Assembly (NCBI GenBank): GCA_964557855.1
Contig: CAZLBP010000014.1
Span: 13,653-77,652, forward strand
From: an uncultured Ignavibacteriales bacterium
Lineage (GTDB): Bacteria > Zixibacteria > MSB-5A5 > GN15 > FEB-12
DNA: 64,000 nucleotides
Direction of reading: 5' to 3'
This document shows, in pieces, positions 60,430 through 64,000 of this stretch. Made by a program: the position numbers and the translations under genes. Every line of letters begins with the position of its first letter. The first letter of the stretch is position 1. Below the pieces are notes generated by a model, which saw only the letters and a list, made by a program, of their open reading frames with translations, ran no database searches and was not told where the DNA came from.

Positions 60430-62997
60430 ATGAATTCTGATCGCTGGAACCAGGTCCAGGCTCTTTTTGAAGCAGCTCTGGAAGTAGACAAAGCCGGCAG
60501 GGAAGCATTTCTCAAGAAGGCAACCGATATGGACGACGAGCTGTTGCGGGAAGTCATGTCATTGTTGGAAGCTGACGAAACCGGTCATAGTCTCCTTGAT
60601 GCAGTCGGCATCGAAGCCATCACGCCGATTGAAATTGCATCTCCGGAAGGCCAACGAATCGGCAACTACCGGATCATTCGTCAGATCGGCTCAGGCGGCA
60701 TGGGCGCCGTCTATCTGGCCGAGCGGGCTGATGGTGAATTCGACCAGCAAGTCGCTCTCAAGTTGATCAAGCGTGGCATGGACTCCGAGGAAATTCTGGG
60801 GCGTTTCCACAGCGAGCGACAGATCCTGGCTCGTCTCCAACATCCGAATATCGCCCAGCTCTTCGACGGCGGTATCAGCGATGACGGCCTCTCCTATTTT
60901 ACCCTGGAGTATGTCGACGGAATCCCGATAGACGTCTATTGTAACTCTCACAGACTCACCATCGAGGACAGGCTGCGGTTGTTCCGGTCGGTGTGCGAGG
61001 CGGTCCAGTATGCGCAGGAAAACCTGGTCGTGCATCGTGATCTAAAACCAAGCAATATACTCGTAACCTCTGACGGTTCCGTTAAGCTGCTGGATTTCGG
61101 TATCGCCAAAGTGCTCGTTGGCAGTTCGCGAGAAGTCGAGGCGCGCTTGCTGACTCAAACCGGGCTGCGCGTGATGACGCCACAGTACGCCTCGCCTGAA
61201 CAGATTCGCAGCGAGCCGGTAACGACTGCAACCGATGTTTACTCGCTCGGGGTGATCTTATATGAATTGCTGACCGGACACCGGCCGTACCGTTTGGCCG
61301 GCTACGCCATTCAGGATATCGAGGCGGCCGTCTGTTCTATTGAACCGGAGAAGCCCAGTTCGGTTGTCCTTAAACCTGTTCCCAGGGGCAAAGGTGTTAC
61401 CCAGACACTGGAGCCTCCCGATGAAGTCAGCGAAGCACGCAGCACTCAGCCAAAGAAACTGAGGCGGCGTCTCTCCGGAGACCTGGATACCATTTGTCTC
61501 AAGGCATTGAAGAAGGAACCGCACCGCCGGTACTCTTCGGCCGGTGATCTCCTCGGGGATGTCAACCGTTACCTCGCCGGTCAGCCGATTAAAGCGCGTC
61601 CGGACACGCTGCGCTACCGCACTCGGAAATTCGTCGCCCGTCACCGGGCAAGCGTGGCTTTTTCGGCACTGATCGTGGCAGTGATTGTCTCATTGGTAGC
61701 TTTCTACACCACAAAACTCACGCAGGAACGAGATCGGGCACGAACTGAAGCCGCCAAGGCAGCGCAGGTGGCGTCGTTTCTTACCGGGATTTTCGAGTTG
61801 GTCGATCCGGCACAAACGGAGGGAGAGAAAGTGACAGCTCGAGAGCTGTTGGATCGTGGTGCGGCTCGTCTGGACAATGAACTGGCCGAACAGCCGGAAA
61901 TTCAAGCTACCGTCATGAACGTGGTCGGAAATGTGTACATGTCACTCGGTTTATTCGAGTCGGCGCGACCGCTATTCGAACGATCACTGCACATTCGCGA
62001 ATCGCTCACCGGTGATAATAGTCGTGAAATCGCCGAGGGCCACCGTAATATGGCCATCTTTTTCTATGAAAACGGGGACTATGCCACTGCCGAGGGATAT
62101 TATAGCGAGGCCCTGGACCGAGGCCGGGCCATCTTCGGAGAAAAAGACCCGTTCGTAGCGAGTATTCTTAACGATCTGGCATCTTCTCTAAGGCACCAGG
62201 GTAAGTATGATTCGGCCGAGGTCGTCTATCATGAGGCCCTCGTGTTGAGAAAGGAGTCGTTGGGCGAAGAACACACGGATGTGGCCCACAGTCTCAATCA
62301 TCTGGGTCGATTGTACCACAACATGGGTCGCATCGATGAGGCCGAACCGCTCCTGCGGCAAGCTCTGGTCATGAGACGAAAGCTGCTGCACAAAAGCCAT
62401 CCGGAAGTGATGGCCAGTGTCGGCGCGCTGGCGGCCCTGTTGCGCGAAAAGGGTCAGTACTCGGAGGCGAAAAAGCTGTACGACGAAGCCTTCGCCGCAT
62501 TCGAACACACGTATGGACTGCAGCATCCGTATACAGCAGGGATTGTCAACAACCTGGCTCTCACGTATTGCTCTCTCGGAGATTACGAAAAGTCCGAGGA
62601 ATTGCATCGACAGGCGCTGGAGCTCCACAAGCAGGTGTACCCGCCGGGGCATCACAAGATTTCCTATCCTTACATTGGTCTCGGCGCTGTGTACAGTGCG
62701 CAAGGAGAATATGTCGAAGCAGAATCAATGTACCGCCAGGCGCTGGAACTGACTGAGCCGAATTTCGCGGCGGACCATCCGAGAATCGCCGAAATCAAAA
62801 GCCTGTTGGGTGGCTGCTTGTGCGAGTTGGGCCGCTTTGAGGAGGCCGAACGAGTCCTGCTGGAAAGCTATACCTCACAGAAGGAGACTTACAGCAATAA
62901 GGACAAACGGACTCGCGATACTCTTCAAAGATTAGTCGAGCTGTACACAGATTGGGACAAGCCCGATGAGGCCGCCACTTATCAATCATTGCTTTAG
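60430..62997 (+). CDS. Ser/Thr protein kinase with one TM helix and a C-terminal TPR array
   Basis: GSGGMGAVYLAER...VALKLIK...HRDLKPSNILV...DFGIAK...SPEQ. TM helix AFSALIVAVIVSLVAFY. Many TPR repeats follow. Confidence 0.9.
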   Translation: MNSDRWNQVQALFEAALEVDKAGREAFLKKATDMDDELLREVMSLLEADETGHSLLDAVGIEAITPIEIASPEGQRIGNYRIIRQIGSGGMGAVYLAERADGEFDQQVALKLIKRGMDSEEILGRFHSERQILARLQHPNIAQLFDGGISDDGLSYFTLEYVDGIPIDVYCNSHRLTIEDRLRLFRSVCEAVQYAQENLVVHRDLKPSNILVTSDGSVKLLDFGIAKVLVGSSREVEARLLTQTGLRVMTPQYASPEQIRSEPVTTATDVYSLGVILYELLTGHRPYRLAGYAIQDIEAAVCSIEPEKPSSVVLKPVPRGKGVTQTLEPPDEVSEARSTQPKKLRRRLSGDLDTICLKALKKEPHRRYSSAGDLLGDVNRYLAGQPIKARPDTLRYRTRKFVARHRASVAFSALIVAVIVSLVAFYTTKLTQERDRARTEAAKAAQVASFLTGIFELVDPAQTEGEKVTARELLDRGAARLDNELAEQPEIQATVMNVVGNVYMSLGLFESARPLFERSLHIRESLTGDNSREIAEGHRNMAIFFYENGDYATAEGYYSEALDRGRAIFGEKDPFVASILNDLASSLRHQGKYDSAEVVYHEALVLRKESLGEEHTDVAHSLNHLGRLYHNMGRIDEAEPLLRQALVMRRKLLHKSHPEVMASVGALAALLREKGQYSEAKKLYDEAFAAFEHTYGLQHPYTAGIVNNLALTYCSLGDYEKSEELHRQALELHKQVYPPGHHKISYPYIGLGAVYSAQGEYVEAESMYRQALELTEPNFAADHPRIAEIKSLLGGCLCELGRFEEAERVLLESYTSQKETYSNKDKRTRDTLQRLVELYTDWDKPDEAATYQSLL

Positions 62998-63058
62998 CGG
63001 CCTTATTGTAATTCAACAAAACCGCTCAAAATGCAGTCTATGATTTAGACGCCGGGTG

Positions 63059-63079
63059 ATGCAATCAAATTGATTGCAT
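63059..63079. promoter_or_regulatory. Perfect 10-1-10 palindrome upstream of the 63135 gene
   Basis: ATGCAATCAA-A-TTGATTGCAT lies about 55 nt upstream of the start codon. Confidence 0.35.
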
Positions 63080-63134
63080 GAACCGGATGGCTATATATCT
63101 TTGAGTAGTGAGTGGAAATTGGAGGAGGAAGGTT

Positions 63135-64000
63135 ATGTGTAAGCGATATCTGACGTTATTCGTTCTCGCGGCGGTACTGCTTTGTGTAATGGGCGCCGAC
63201 GCACGATCCAAACACGATAGTAGAGAAGAGGCTCAGACAAGTTCCAATGCCCTGGAAGCGTCGCCGGCGAAAGCGGATACGATAGTGGATCCGCCGATCC
63301 CCTGGCCGCTCTATTTCGGGGTGCAGCAAACGGGGATAATTAATACCAGCTTTGACTGCTTTGGCAATATCGGCCTGTATTACTTCCCGTACGTGCAACA
63401 CGGTTTCCCGAGGGTTAGTTATGGCTGGTCGCTGAGTTCGTTTGAAGTCCCCCCCGGGAGCGATGTTGAGTACCTCTATGGCGGTTCGATTTGGGTCGGC
63501 GGCATTGTGGGAGATGACACCCTTGTTTCTACCGGAATGGACGGTTGGATTGGGATCCGTGAAATGTATCCCACCGGCAATCAACCGACTGTGACCAAGT
63601 TTTCCTACGCCACAGACTATTCTCTTAGAGCCGAATTCAATGATACCTCAGTTGTACTCGGTGGAGTTGATTATGTAGACGATGACCGGTCCCATATACC
63701 GCTAGGAATTCGAATTTCCAATCGCAGCCATGTGTGGCGTACTGAGCCGGAACAAAACACGGTCATCTATGACATGGTAATTCAGAATATCGGGAGTGAG
63801 ATGATAGAGGATGCCTATATCGGCTATCATTTTGACGGCGACGTATGTTTCAAGTGCTACTCCGAGACCGGGTCCTTCCATGACGATGTAAGCGGTGCGA
63901 TCAGATCACACGGTATCGGGTATATCATTGATGACGATGGTGAGCTCAATGATCCCATGGGACGCCACGTACCGAGAGCGTTCGGTTTCAAGATTCTGGC
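63135..64000 (+). CDS. Secreted protein, 5' part (runs off the window); paralogue of 54850..57471
   Basis: This ORF is not in the supplied track because no stop is reached. I translated it by hand: ATG 63135 follows GGAGGAGGAAGG, the signal sequence is MCKRYLTLFVLAAVLLCVMGA, and the frame is open to position 64000. It shares blocks with the 873-aa protein (PLGIRISNRSHVW vs PLNIAVKQSSYAW; HDDVSG vs QDDLSG). Confidence 0.65.
   Translation, partial: MCKRYLTLFVLAAVLLCVMGADARSKHDSREEAQTSSNALEASPAKADTIVDPPIPWPLYFGVQQTGIINTSFDCFGNIGLYYFPYVQHGFPRVSYGWSLSSFEVPPGSDVEYLYGGSIWVGGIVGDDTLVSTGMDGWIGIREMYPTGNQPTVTKFSYATDYSLRAEFNDTSVVLGGVDYVDDDRSHIPLGIRISNRSHVWRTEPEQNTVIYDMVIQNIGSEMIEDAYIGYHFDGDVCFKCYSETGSFHDDVSGAIRSHGIGYIIDDDGELNDPMGRHVPRAFGFKIL

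Overview
This is a gene-dense chromosomal window with about 50 CDS and one tRNA. I saw no rRNA, CRISPR array, transposase or integrase. The source looks like an uncultivated, flagellated, fermentative Gram-negative bacterium. FlgD-Ig/T9SS-type C-terminal domains and YLFKGGPPP dockerin-like modules suggest an FCB-superphylum or Zixibacteria-like origin, but that is inference only.

Gene order:
(1) A late flagellar block: fliW 3' end, two TPR-glycosyltransferases, a sigma28-type promoter with a GGA-rich leader, a 721-aa flagellin, fliD, fliS, a flgN-like gene, flgM and an HDOD protein.
(2) tRNA-Val, then thrS, infC (ATA start), rpmI, rplT, pheS, pheT, a zapB-like gene, zapA, rny, ymdB and folD.
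(3) A 1235-aa surface protein translationally coupled to a PorV-like barrel/TPR fusion, followed by an RsbW-HAMP-PP2C fusion protein.
(4) A GYD protein and an expanded GlpX-like phosphatase.
(5) An iorA-iorB-buk-ptb-ptb operon.
(6) A roughly 800-nt non-coding island packed with hairpins and repeats.
(7) An 11-gene translationally coupled operon running from manC to a TonB-dependent-like outer-membrane protein.
(8) A beta-helix protein with tandem dockerin-like modules, a small GIY-YIG-like ORF, and two paralogous secreted proteins with C-terminal sorting domains. The paralogues flank a membrane-TPR protein, an ECF sigma factor and a Ser/Thr kinase.

The part least explained by ordinary annotation is the non-coding island at 38785-39583. 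One of its hairpin repeats has a second copy at 21022-21074. I cannot assign it to any known RNA or mobile-element family from sequence alone. All protein calls rest on motifs I recognise by eye in the supplied translations; no database search was run.
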